Origin: Patescibacteria group bacterium
GTDB lineage: Bacteria > Patescibacteriota > Minisyncoccia > Minisyncoccales > PWPS01
DNA length: 32,296 nt
NCBI GenBank assembly: GCA_051745165.1
Contig: JBNJDU010000005.1
Location: forward strand, 1 to 32,296
Reading direction: 5' to 3'
The notes beneath the pieces were generated by a model, which saw only the letters and a program-made list of their open reading frames with translations, was not told the DNA's origin and made no database searches. Position numbers and translations under genes: made by a program. This document shows, piece after piece, positions 19,259-28,298 of the stretch (its first letter is position 1; each line of letters starts with the position of its first letter).

Positions 19259-21085
19259 TTATTCAACTGTAACGACTTTACTTAGATTTCTAGGCTTATC
19301 CGGATCAAAGCCTTTAAAAACTGCTGTGTAATAAGCAAGTAATTGCAGAGGAACAACCGCTAAAATCGGAGATAGTTCTTCAATTATTTCTGGAATATAA
19401 ATTGCATTATCAGTAAACTCTTCTAATTCATCATCTCCTTTAGTTCCTAAAGCTATAACTGGACCCTTCCTTGCTCTAATTTCCTCCACGTTAGAAAACA
19501 TTTTATCATAAACACTATCCTGTAAACAAATCGCAAAAGTGGGGAAGTCATCATCAATTAAAGCAATTGGACCATGCTTCATCTCTGCTGCAGAATATCC
19601 TTCAGCGTGAATATAAGAAATCTCTTTAAGCTTTAAAGCACCTTCCATTGCTGTCGGGTAATTATACCTTCTACCCATAAATAAGAAATGCTCAAAGTCT
19701 TTGTATTTTTTTGCCTTTTTCTTAATATTTTTTCGCTCTTCTAGAATTTCTTCTACCTTTCTCGGAATATTGCTTAATTCGGATAATATTTGCTTTCCTT
19801 CAGTAACAGATAAGTTTCTCTGTCTTCCTAAATAAACTGCAAGCAGAGTTAAAACTGCTAATTGAGAAGTAAATGCTTTAGTTGAAGCCACACCAATTTC
19901 GGGTCCAGCATGGTTATAGATGCCAGCATCCGTCTCCCTAGCAATTGAAGAACCAACAACATTAACAATCCCTAGTGTTAAAACATCTCGTTTTTTTACT
20001 TCTTCTAGAGCTTTAAGAGTGTCAGCTGTTTCTCCAGATTGAGAAACAAATAAAAATCCTTCGTTTTTACTATAAGGTCTTTTTCTGTATCTAAACTCAG
20101 AAGCTAAAGCAACTTCAACAGGTAATTCTGAAATTTCTTCTATTAAATACTTACCAACCATAGAAGCAAAGTAGGAAGTTCCACAAGCAAGAATAGTTAA
20201 TTTATCCAGTTTTTTTAGCTCTTCTTCATGATCCTCCAAACCTCCCAATTTAACATTTCCTTCGTCTTCTATAATTCTGCCTCTAATTGAATTTTTAATT
20301 GATTTTGGTTGTTCAAGCATCTCTTTCATCATGAAGTGAGGATGGCCTGATTTCTGAGCTTCTTCTAAGTCCCAGTCAATTTCTACTGACTCCTTATCTA
20401 AAATATTTTCATTTTGATCAGTAACCTCAAACCCGTCTTGAGTAACGACTGCTAATTCACCGTCTTCTAAAAATACCATCTTTTTAGAATGCTCTACAAT
20501 AGCAGCTGGATCTGAAGAGACAAAACCTCCTGATTCATTTACCGAAATAACAACTGGAGAAGACATTCTAGCAGCAACAATTTTTCCCGGTTCTTCACTT
20601 GAAATAACAGCTAGCCCGTAAGCGCCTTCCACCAAAGATAAAGCTTTACGAACTGCACTTTCTAAATTGCCATCATAAAACTTTTCTATAAGATGAGCTA
20701 TAACTTCTGTGTCGGTTTCAGAAGTAAACTCGTGACCTTCAGCCACGAGTTTTTTCTTAATTGGTTTATAGTTCTCAATTATTCCGTTATGAACAACAGC
20801 TATTTTTTTATCACAATCAAATTGAGGATGGGCGTTTTCTTTTGTCGGTCCTCCATGAGTTGACCAACGGCTATGAAAAAGAGTGGGGGTTCCTTTAAAA
20901 TTAGTATCTTTTAGAGCTTCTTTCAATTTATCAACCTTTCCAGAAACTTTAACAGAAGAAAGCTCACCATCTTCTAAAACCGTCATTCCTGCGGAATCAT
21001 ACCCTCTATACTCAAGCCTTTTAAGCGCTTTAATTCCTAGCTTTGTATTATTTTTAGGACCAACATAACCTACTATTCCACACAT
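19259..21085 (-). CDS. glmS: Glutamine-fructose-6-phosphate transaminase
   Basis: MCGIVG, RLEYRGYDSAG, SQSGETADT, ASTKAF, EMKHGPIAL, KPRNLSKVVTVE. Confidence 0.98.
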   Translation of the reverse strand: MCGIVGYVGPKNNTKLGIKALKRLEYRGYDSAGMTVLEDGELSSVKVSGKVDKLKEALKDTNFKGTPTLFHSRWSTHGGPTKENAHPQFDCDKKIAVVHNGIIENYKPIKKKLVAEGHEFTSETDTEVIAHLIEKFYDGNLESAVRKALSLVEGAYGLAVISSEEPGKIVAARMSSPVVISVNESGGFVSSDPAAIVEHSKKMVFLEDGELAVVTQDGFEVTDQNENILDKESVEIDWDLEEAQKSGHPHFMMKEMLEQPKSIKNSIRGRIIEDEGNVKLGGLEDHEEELKKLDKLTILACGTSYFASMVGKYLIEEISELPVEVALASEFRYRKRPYSKNEGFLFVSQSGETADTLKALEEVKKRDVLTLGIVNVVGSSIARETDAGIYNHAGPEIGVASTKAFTSQLAVLTLLAVYLGRQRNLSVTEGKQILSELSNIPRKVEEILEERKNIKKKAKKYKDFEHFLFMGRRYNYPTAMEGALKLKEISYIHAEGYSAAEMKHGPIALIDDDFPTFAICLQDSVYDKMFSNVEEIRARKGPVIALGTKGDDELEEFTDNAIYIPEIIEELSPILAVVPLQLLAYYTAVFKGFDPDKPRNLSKVVTVE

Positions 21086-21224
21086 AAAAATTAAATTAAA
21101 TTTTAATCATTAATTACAAATCTTTAATCGTTAATGCAAGCTTAAAAATTAATTATTAATACTTTTAATTTGCTAGGCTTATTATATTATAGATGTTTAA
21201 AAATAACAAAACCTCGCAAAGTGA

Positions 21225-21329
21225 ATAGGTTCGACCTATCAGAAATAGTTAAAAATAGGTCGAACCTATTAGAAAAGTAAAAACCGCCTCTTTGGCGATT
21301 TTGTTGATTTAAAAATAGGTCAAACCTAT
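21225..21329. repeat. Three ATAGGT-N3-ACCTAT palindromes
   Basis: Copies at 21225-21239, 21255-21269 and 21315-21329. A fourth lies at 25411-25425. Confidence 0.85.
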
Positions 21330-21358
21330 CCGAATCAGCACGGTCTTCATAATCCAAA

Positions 21359-21503
21359 GCGAAGATACTCTCTTTGAAGAAGTTCTCGGAGAGGATTTTG
21401 CATGGTCTTTTCGTTAGAAAAGAAAATCCTCGAGAGCACAGAGCCCGAATTCCCGCTGGGAATTCTTGAGGCTCGGTTCTTACAAAGGGGGTATCGAGCG
21501 CAC
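21359..21503 (+). repeat. Structured dispersed element, copy A
   Basis: Multi-stem fold that aligns with 25642-25784 and 30764-30900 with compensatory changes. Confidence 0.85.
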
Positions 21504-23897
21504 TTATGTGACAAAATTCACAAGCTTATCTTCAACAAAAATTTCTTTTTTAATCTCAGCATTTTCAATCCATTTCTTGACTTTTTCTCTTTCTTTTGCC
21601 AATTTTAAAGCTTCTTCCTTGGTAATTCCTTTCTTAACTTCCATTTTATCTCTTAATTTTCCGTTCACTTGAACAATTAAAGTAATCTGTTTCTTTTCTG
21701 CAACTTTCGGATCAAATTCAGGCCAGTCAGATTCCAAAATAGACTCTTCATTGTATTTTTGCCACAATTCTTCACTAAAGTGAGGAGCAAAAGGAGCCAA
21801 GAGTTGTAAAAATTTAGTAAATATATCAACAGAAACAGCTTTCTTATCTTTCATTTTATTACTAATTATCATTAAGCTACTTATTGCTGTATTGAACTTA
21901 AAACTTTCAATATCATCAGTTACCTTCTTAATAGTTCTGTGTAGTAAGCTTTGCAACTTTTCATCTGGTTCTTTTTCCTTTACTTTCTCTACTAAACCAT
22001 TAACTTTTTCTAAAAATCTTCTCATCCCAACTACGCCTTCTTCATCCCAAGGAACCTCATCTTCAAATCCACCAACAAACATTTCATAAAGTCTAAGCAC
22101 ATCTGCTCCATACTCATCGACAATATCGTCCGGGGAAACTACATTTCCTTTTGACTTAGACATCTTAGTCCCGTCATCAGCCATAATAAGACCTTGATTT
22201 TTTAGCTTTTTAAATGGTTCTTTAGTTGACACCACATCCAAGTCATATAAGAACTTGTGCCAAAATCGAGCATATAAGAGATGGAGTACGGCGTGTTCTG
22301 CACCACCAACATACAAATCAACAGGCATAAAGTAGTCTTCTTTTTTCGGATCAATAAGCTCTTCACTATTTTCAGGGTCAATATATCTAAGATAATACCA
22401 ACAGGATCCAGCCCATTGCGGCATAGTGTTTGTTTCTCTTTTCGCCTTACCACCACATTCAGGACAAGTCGTGTTTACCCATTCATCAATTGCTGCTAAT
22501 GGCGAGTGTCCAGTTCCGGTTGGTTCATATTTTTCTACCTCCGGCAAAGTAACAGGGAGCTTCTCTTCAGGAACAGGAACTGTTCCACACTCTTCACAAT
22601 GAATAATAGGGATTGGCTCTCCCCAATAACGTTGCCTAGAGAAGACCCAATCTCTTAATTTATAATTAACCGCTCTTTCTCCCTTGTCTTTCTCTTCTAG
22701 TTTTTGAACTATCTTTTCTTTCATCATCTTAGTAGATAGTCCATTAAATTCTCCAGAATTAATCACCTTGCCGGTCCCAGCAAAGGGTAGCTCTTCAGCT
22801 TCCACTACTGGTCTTATCTCCAAATCGTATTTTTCAGCCATTTCAAAATCTCTTTCGTCATGAGCAGGAACAGACATTATTGCTCCGTATCCATAAGAAC
22901 CGAGTACATAATCAGCAACCCAAACAGGAATTTCTTCCCCACTTACTGGATTTATTGCCGTTAATCCTTTTACTTCCACTCCTGTCTTCTCTTTATTTAA
23001 TTCAGTCCTTTCTAAATCGGATTTTTTTCTTGCTTCTTCTACATATTTTTCAACCTCTTGTTTGTTTTCAATTTCTATATCTCCAGAAAGTACTCTTTTA
23101 GTAAGATCATGTTCAGGCGCTAAAACCATAAAGGTGGCACCGAAAACGGTGTCCGGTCTAGTAGTAAAAACTTCTAACTCATCCTTGCTTTCCTTTACTT
23201 CAAAGCTTATCCTTGCTCCTTCCGAGCGACCAATCCAGTTTCTTTGCATTTCTTTAATTGATTCAGGCCAATCTAAATCTTCTAAATCCTCTAGCAATCT
23301 ATCAGCATAATCAGTAATTTTTAAAACCCATTGCCTAATATCTTTTTTTTCTACTTGCGTGTCGCAACGCTCACATTCTCCATCTATAACCTCTTCATTA
23401 GCTAAACCAGTTTTACAAGAAGGACACCAATTAATAGGTAGCTCATCTTCATAAGCAAGACCTTTTTTAAACATTTGAACGAATATCCATTGTGTCCACT
23501 TAAAATAATCCGGATCAGTAGTATTAACCTCTCTATCCCAGTCAAAACCTAGTCCAATTGATTCTAATTGTTCTTTGAAATGCTTAATATTTTTAGTAAC
23601 TGATTCACGAGGATGAGTTCCTGTTTTTATCGCATAATTTTCTGCCGGGAGTCCAAAAGCATCCCACCCCATTGGATGTAAAACATTAAAACCATTCATT
23701 CTCTTAAAATTAGAAAAGACATCAGTAGCAACATATCCTCTCGGATGACCTACGTGAAGTCCTTTTCCTGAAGGGTAAGGAAACATATCAAGACAATAGA
23801 ATTTTTCCTTTTTAGAGTCATCATCAGCCTTAAATACTTCTTTATTTTTCCAAAATTCTCGCCATTTTTCTTCTTGTTTTTTATGATCGTATTTCAT
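21504..23897 (-). CDS. leuS: Leucyl-tRNA synthetase
   Basis: MFPYPSGKGLHVGH, GWDAFGLPAEN, FTTRPDT, VPAHDERD, SRQRYWGEP, KMSKS, VQVNGK. Confidence 0.98.
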   Translation of the reverse strand: MKYDHKKQEEKWREFWKNKEVFKADDDSKKEKFYCLDMFPYPSGKGLHVGHPRGYVATDVFSNFKRMNGFNVLHPMGWDAFGLPAENYAIKTGTHPRESVTKNIKHFKEQLESIGLGFDWDREVNTTDPDYFKWTQWIFVQMFKKGLAYEDELPINWCPSCKTGLANEEVIDGECERCDTQVEKKDIRQWVLKITDYADRLLEDLEDLDWPESIKEMQRNWIGRSEGARISFEVKESKDELEVFTTRPDTVFGATFMVLAPEHDLTKRVLSGDIEIENKQEVEKYVEEARKKSDLERTELNKEKTGVEVKGLTAINPVSGEEIPVWVADYVLGSYGYGAIMSVPAHDERDFEMAEKYDLEIRPVVEAEELPFAGTGKVINSGEFNGLSTKMMKEKIVQKLEEKDKGERAVNYKLRDWVFSRQRYWGEPIPIIHCEECGTVPVPEEKLPVTLPEVEKYEPTGTGHSPLAAIDEWVNTTCPECGGKAKRETNTMPQWAGSCWYYLRYIDPENSEELIDPKKEDYFMPVDLYVGGAEHAVLHLLYARFWHKFLYDLDVVSTKEPFKKLKNQGLIMADDGTKMSKSKGNVVSPDDIVDEYGADVLRLYEMFVGGFEDEVPWDEEGVVGMRRFLEKVNGLVEKVKEKEPDEKLQSLLHRTIKKVTDDIESFKFNTAISSLMIISNKMKDKKAVSVDIFTKFLQLLAPFAPHFSEELWQKYNEESILESDWPEFDPKVAEKKQITLIVQVNGKLRDKMEVKKGITKEEALKLAKEREKVKKWIENAEIKKEIFVEDKLVNFVT

Positions 23898-24003
23898 ATG
23901 CTTTTTTGTTTATTTACTAACTCATTTTACCGAAAATATAACCGTTTGTCTAATTAAAAATATTATTATAAAATAAAGTTAACCCCTTGAAAGGAGGGAT
24001 AAA

Positions 24004-24540
24004 ATGAGATCTCAGCAATGTGAAAAAGATCACGGGTTGTTGGAAAAAATGATTGAACTGGATAGAAAAGATTTAGACAAACACTTAAAAGAATGTTCTG
24101 TTTGTGCTAGCTCATTAAAAAAGGCTTACCGTCTTTATAAGGATAAAAAGAAAGAGCCTATTCTTAATAGTTTCCCTCCATATGACTCAACTAGAACTTT
24201 GACTGAGTTTTTAGACGCTTGGGTTATTTCTTTAGTTTCTAAAAGAGATAGATTACATCACTACGCCACAGAAATAAATGCTAAAATGGCTAATGAAAAT
24301 GTAAGAACATTAACAATTGGCTTAATTCAAGAATTAATAAAGTCATTGAAAGCTAAAACCAAGCAGGAAAGATTAGACAGGTATAAATCTTTATCTGAAA
24401 TAATAGAAATACTTGATGGCGAGTTTTTTCAAGAAGAATTTAAGCTTTTCCTTGGACATTCAAAGGAAGAGCTAATAGAAATAATAGAAGATCATTTATT
24501 GATTGAGGAGGATAAAGACAAATTATTACCCCGGAAGTAA
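24004..24540 (+). CDS. Hypothetical protein with N-terminal zf-HC2/ZAS-like HxxxCxxC motif
   Basis: SD AAGGAGG, HLKECSVC near the N-terminus, downstream hairpin CCCGG/CCGGG plus T run. Confidence 0.65.
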   Translation: MRSQQCEKDHGLLEKMIELDRKDLDKHLKECSVCASSLKKAYRLYKDKKKEPILNSFPPYDSTRTLTEFLDAWVISLVSKRDRLHHYATEINAKMANENVRTLTIGLIQELIKSLKAKTKQERLDRYKSLSEIIEILDGEFFQEEFKLFLGHSKEELIEIIEDHLLIEEDKDKLLPRK

Positions 24541-24551
24541 CCGGGGCTTTT

Positions 24552-25283
24552 TTATATATTAAATAGCTTTTTGACGTTTTTATCAGTGAGTTTTTCTAAT
24601 TTTTTAAAATCAATTTCTTTAACTTTAGCCACTCTTTCAGCAACAGAAATTACTCCCAGTGGATTATTTTTACCTTTCCACTTTGGAGGAGCTAGATAAG
24701 GGCAGTCAGTTTCCAGAAATATTCTATCCGTTGGAGTTCGTTCAATTTGCTTATCTAAACTTAATTTGAAAATAATCCCATTAAATCCAATATAAAATCC
24801 TAGTTCTAAATATTTTTTTAGACTAGTCATATTTCCAGTAAAGCAATGAACTACTCCCTTTACTGAAAAGTCTTCTAAAATATTTAAAACCTCTTTATGT
24901 GCTTTTCGAGAATGGATTACTACTGGTAAGTTGAGCTCCTCAGCTATCTTTAATTGTGCTTTAAAATCTTTTTTTTGTTGACTAAAAGTTTCTTTCTTTT
25001 TCTTATCTAAACCAATCTCTCCGATAGCTATTACTTTTTTATTATCCTTAGCAAGCTTTCTAACCTCTTCTACTTCTTCCTCATCAGCATGTAAGGGATG
25101 AACACCAACCACAGCGTAAACACTTTCTTTATATTCGTCTGCAATATTTACTGCCCTTTTACTAGTTTTAACATTAGAACCAACATTTATTACTTTGATA
25201 TTCCTGTCAAAACAATCTCTAATTATTTCTCTATAATTATCTTCAAAATCATCAAAATTTAAATGCGCATGACTATCAAACAT
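24552..25283 (-). CDS. tatD: TatD family hydrolase
   Basis: DSHAHL, GVHP, IGEIGLD, VIHSR, VHCFTG, LETDCPYL. Confidence 0.95.
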   Translation of the reverse strand: MFDSHAHLNFDDFEDNYREIIRDCFDRNIKVINVGSNVKTSKRAVNIADEYKESVYAVVGVHPLHADEEEVEEVRKLAKDNKKVIAIGEIGLDKKKKETFSQQKKDFKAQLKIAEELNLPVVIHSRKAHKEVLNILEDFSVKGVVHCFTGNMTSLKKYLELGFYIGFNGIIFKLSLDKQIERTPTDRIFLETDCPYLAPPKWKGKNNPLGVISVAERVAKVKEIDFKKLEKLTDKNVKKLFNI

Positions 25284-25410
25284 ATAGCAATAATTTATAA
25301 ATTTTTAATTTTAATTTATGAATTATTATAACATAAATCATCATAATTTTGAGAAAGTAAATCTAAGTCCCTAAATTATGTAATAGGTTGCAAGGGTGGT
25401 TAAGTTAAAA

Positions 25411-25425
25411 ATAGGTTGAACCTAT
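25411..25425. repeat. ATAGGT-N3-ACCTAT palindrome, fourth copy
   Basis: TTAAAAATAGGTTGAACCTATC, with the same left flank as the copies at 21255 and 21315. Confidence 0.8.
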
Positions 25426-25433
25426 CACAGCTC

Positions 25434-25508
25434 ACGATGACCATGACGATGACATTACTATGACAATGACTAAATTGCTCTAATTGCACTAATTAACTTA
25501 ATTGCTCT
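25434..25508. repeat. Degenerate short tandem repeats (6-mer ACnATG, then 9-mer AATTGCTCT x4)
   Basis: ACGATG ACCATG ACGATG ACATT ACTATG ACAATG, followed by AATTGCTCT AATTGCACT AATTAACTT AATTGCTCT. Confidence 0.75.
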
Positions 25509-25545
25509 AAAAATTACTAAATCTCAATTGAAAATTATTATAAAG

Positions 25546-25573
25546 GGATTCTTCACCTACGGCTCAGAATGAC
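25546..25573. repeat. REP-like unit GATTCTTC...CTCAGAATGAC
   Basis: Same unit as at 30628-30662 and 30716-30747. Confidence 0.8.
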
Positions 25574-25641
25574 GGATTAATCTGAAGCGAAGATACTCTA
25601 TTTGAAGAACTCCGCGTAACCGATTCAGTAACTAACCTGAA

Positions 25642-25784
25642 GTGAGGGATTGGGGTTGAAAGAAGTTCGCGGAGGCAATTTGGCACGGCCTCGGCTTCGC
25701 CGAGCAAATTGTCGAGCGCACAACCCCCGAATCGCCGCCGGCGATTCTTGAGGGGTGGTTCTTTCAACCCCAACCCGAGCGCAC
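25642..25784 (+). repeat. Structured dispersed element, copy B (preceded by a 5' fragment at ~25578-25618)
   Basis: GGATTGGGGTTGAAAGAA/TTCTTTCAACCCCAACCC closing stem with the same internal arms as copies A and C. Confidence 0.85.
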
Positions 25785-25807
25785 TAAAAAAAGAGCCCAC
25801 CCTGTTT

Positions 25808-26500
25808 CTAGGTGAGCTTTATTTTTGATGTATCTTTCAAACTCTTAATTTTTCTTAAATCATTTTGAGCTTGTCGTAAACTAGTTCTTTTTCTAGGGTA
25901 AGCATCGTTTGCCTCTTTTAACCATTCAATCAATTGATTCCGTGCTTTTTTACCTGTTGGTGGATTTCCCCAAGGTAATCTAATTCTGTCTTCTTCAAAG
26001 AAAAAATAAAACATTTTCCTTTTAACTTCTCCAACAGTCTTACCGTTGAGATTGTTAAAAATATCGTTCATTTTCTTAACTTCTTCCTCAGTCGTTTTTT
26101 CACAATCCAAAAGACCTTGCTTAATTCCTTGCATGCGAAGTAAAAATCTTTCATTTTCAGCCGATTTAAAGAAATCTTCAGGTCTAGGGAAGTGCAATGA
26201 ACTGAAATGAGGCAGTTGAAATTTTGCATAACTAGTTAGTATATGCTTAAGACCTTGAATGGTCCAATCACTCCCTGCTCTAACTAAAAATGGATTGTTT
26301 TTAGCTTCGTCAGGTGCTATCTTAACTAGCTTGTGTGCAGTATAAGAAAAATTATTTCTTTTTCTTCCATTAAAAATTACTATTCTGTGTTTGTCTATTT
26401 TTCCACTGCATTTAATGTCTCTAAACCCCATCTCTTCTAATGCTTGTCTAATCTCTTCTAGAACTATAGTCTCTTCTTTTATAAAGAACGAAAGATACAT
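25808..26500 (-). CDS. Hypothetical protein (orphan)
   Basis: Long ORF. ATG 26500 (MYLSFF) follows SD AAGGAGG, so it is preferred over GTG 26518. No recognisable motif. Confidence 0.65.
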   Translation of the reverse strand: MYLSFFIKEETIVLEEIRQALEEMGFRDIKCSGKIDKHRIVIFNGRKRNNFSYTAHKLVKIAPDEAKNNPFLVRAGSDWTIQGLKHILTSYAKFQLPHFSSLHFPRPEDFFKSAENERFLLRMQGIKQGLLDCEKTTEEEVKKMNDIFNNLNGKTVGEVKRKMFYFFFEEDRIRLPWGNPPTGKKARNQLIEWLKEANDAYPRKRTSLRQAQNDLRKIKSLKDTSKIKLT

Positions 26501-26580
26501 ACTAGCACCCTCCTTCACTTATTTTTTGATCCGCTTAAAGACCAATCAAAACTCATTAGCTTTAAACGAGCTTTAAGCCC

Positions 26581-26785
26581 AAAAAAAGTCCTCCCGTTTT
26601 CTTAGGAGGGTAACTTCCGAGAATCTTAACTTTTTTACCGGCTTACTTAGCGATCTCGAAAATTACCTTCTCCAATCCAAAGATACATCTCTGGTCTGGA
26701 GACGGTAAATTTGCAAATCGCTTTTTGATCTATTTGTTTTTCCATAAGCCACTTAAAGTGTATTATAAATTAAAATAATTGTCAA
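26581..26785 (-). promoter_or_regulatory. Putative leader-peptide transcription attenuator (uORF 26647-26745)
   Basis: TTGACA-17-TACACT promoter, 32-codon uORF, mutually exclusive 1:2, 2:3 and 3:4 helices, U7 tail. Confidence 0.65.
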
Positions 26786-26871
26786 AAATTTACACAAGCT
26801 ATACTTTCTGGTATTATATTCTTAGCTAAGCGGAATCCCCGCTTGGTATTTTAATTAACTTATCTTAAATT

Positions 26872-28272
26872 ATGAAAAGAACAAAAATAATCACGACTAT
26901 TGGACCCGCTTCTCAAGATGATGAAACTTTGTCCAAATTGATAGATGCTGGAGCTAATGTGTTTCGTTTTAATATGAAGCACGGCGAAACTAGTTGGCAT
27001 AGTAAAATAATAGAAAAAGCACAAAAAATAGCTGATGAAAAAAATATTCCGTTAGGAATGATGATTGATCTTCAAGGTCCGGAAGTGAGAATTAACACTA
27101 AAAATGACTTTATAAAGGTTGAAAGAGGAGAAGAGATTTACTTCAAAACTAGTTTTGACTCAGAAAAAAAGACTATTAAGGTTCCGGATAAAGATCTTCT
27201 TAATTTGCTAAAAGAAGGGAGTAAGCTTTTAATTGATGATGGCTTTTACGAGTTTGAGGTTGTAGAAAATAATAATGGAGAAGTATTAGCAAAATCCCTC
27301 CGCAGCGGAAGAATTGGAGATAGAAAAGGAATGAATATCCCTGCTCATAAATTAAACTTACCATCTTTGATTAAAGATGATTTAAAAAAACTTGACTTAG
27401 CTGCAAAGAGAGAAATTGACTACGTCGCCCTTTCTTTTACCAGAACCAAAGAGGACGTTAAAAGGTTAAGAAAAGAAATGAAAAAGAGAGGTATTGACGC
27501 TCATATAGTCGCAAAAATTGAAAACAAGTCTGCTCTTGAAAATTTAGAAAAAATTATTAAGGAGGCAGACGGAGTTATGGTTGCCAGAGGAGATTTAGGA
27601 ATAGAAACTCCTTTAGAAGAAATTGCTTACTGGCAAAAAAAGATTATTACTAAGTGTAGGGAAATGAAAACTCCGGTAATAGTTGCTACTCAGATGCTTC
27701 AGTCAATGACTGACAACCCTATTCCTACAAGGGCTGAAGTTACTGATGTTGCAAATGCGATATTTAATGGAACAGATGCCGTAATGCTCTCTAATGAAAC
27801 TGCTATGGGTAAATATCCTATAGAATCAGTTAAAGCAATGAAAAAAATAATTGCTTATAATGAAAAAGGAACTACATTTGAACCAATAAGCTCTGAACCG
27901 GAAACTTCTTCAGATCTAATAATGAGATCAGCTGTAGAGATGTTAGAAAAATCCGGCAAAGTTAATTTTGAAGCGGTTTTAGTCTTTACTAAAGACGGAG
28001 AAACAGCAAAGCAAGTTTCTTCATTAAGACCAAAATTACCTATATTTGCAATTACTAACAAAAAAGAGGTTATTGAAAAATTAAATATTTGTTACGGTAT
28101 TGAAAATAGGTATACCGTCTTTAATGAGGAGTTGTTAAAAAATCCGAACAAAATAATTGAACAATTACGAAAAGAGGGACTGCTCAAAAAAGGAAAAAAA
28201 GTATTAATGGTTCAAGCTCAGCACTGGGACTTACCCGAACTATCAAAAGCACTAACCATTGTTAATGTATAA
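26872..28272 (+). CDS. pyk: Pyruvate kinase
   Basis: RTKIITTIGPAS, DLQGPEVR, AKIEN, MVARGDLG, ATQMLQSM, PTRAEVTDVANA, DAVMLSNETA.GKYP. Confidence 0.97.
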   Translation: MKRTKIITTIGPASQDDETLSKLIDAGANVFRFNMKHGETSWHSKIIEKAQKIADEKNIPLGMMIDLQGPEVRINTKNDFIKVERGEEIYFKTSFDSEKKTIKVPDKDLLNLLKEGSKLLIDDGFYEFEVVENNNGEVLAKSLRSGRIGDRKGMNIPAHKLNLPSLIKDDLKKLDLAAKREIDYVALSFTRTKEDVKRLRKEMKKRGIDAHIVAKIENKSALENLEKIIKEADGVMVARGDLGIETPLEEIAYWQKKIITKCREMKTPVIVATQMLQSMTDNPIPTRAEVTDVANAIFNGTDAVMLSNETAMGKYPIESVKAMKKIIAYNEKGTTFEPISSEPETSSDLIMRSAVEMLEKSGKVNFEAVLVFTKDGETAKQVSSLRPKLPIFAITNKKEVIEKLNICYGIENRYTVFNEELLKNPNKIIEQLRKEGLLKKGKKVLMVQAQHWDLPELSKALTIVNV

Positions 28273-28298
28273 AATTAAAACCTCCTTTTAGGTCGGTT

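Noticed and set aside
21225-21329. CRISPR array
   Set aside because: Repeats are only 15-21 bp, irregularly spaced and few, with no cas genes.
21086-21503. glmS ribozyme upstream of glmS
   Set aside because: No AGCGCC-type catalytic core on the minus strand. The structured element here folds on the opposite strand and recurs at unrelated loci.
23898-24003. T-box leader for leuS
   Set aside because: Only about 100 bp of A/T-rich divergent promoter region, with no T-box consensus or terminator.
25564-25800. 78-aa minus-strand ORF, and likewise 21402-21608 and 21466-21672 on +
   Set aside because: They run through the GC-rich structured repeat. The reading frame is not conserved among the copies, whereas base pairing is.
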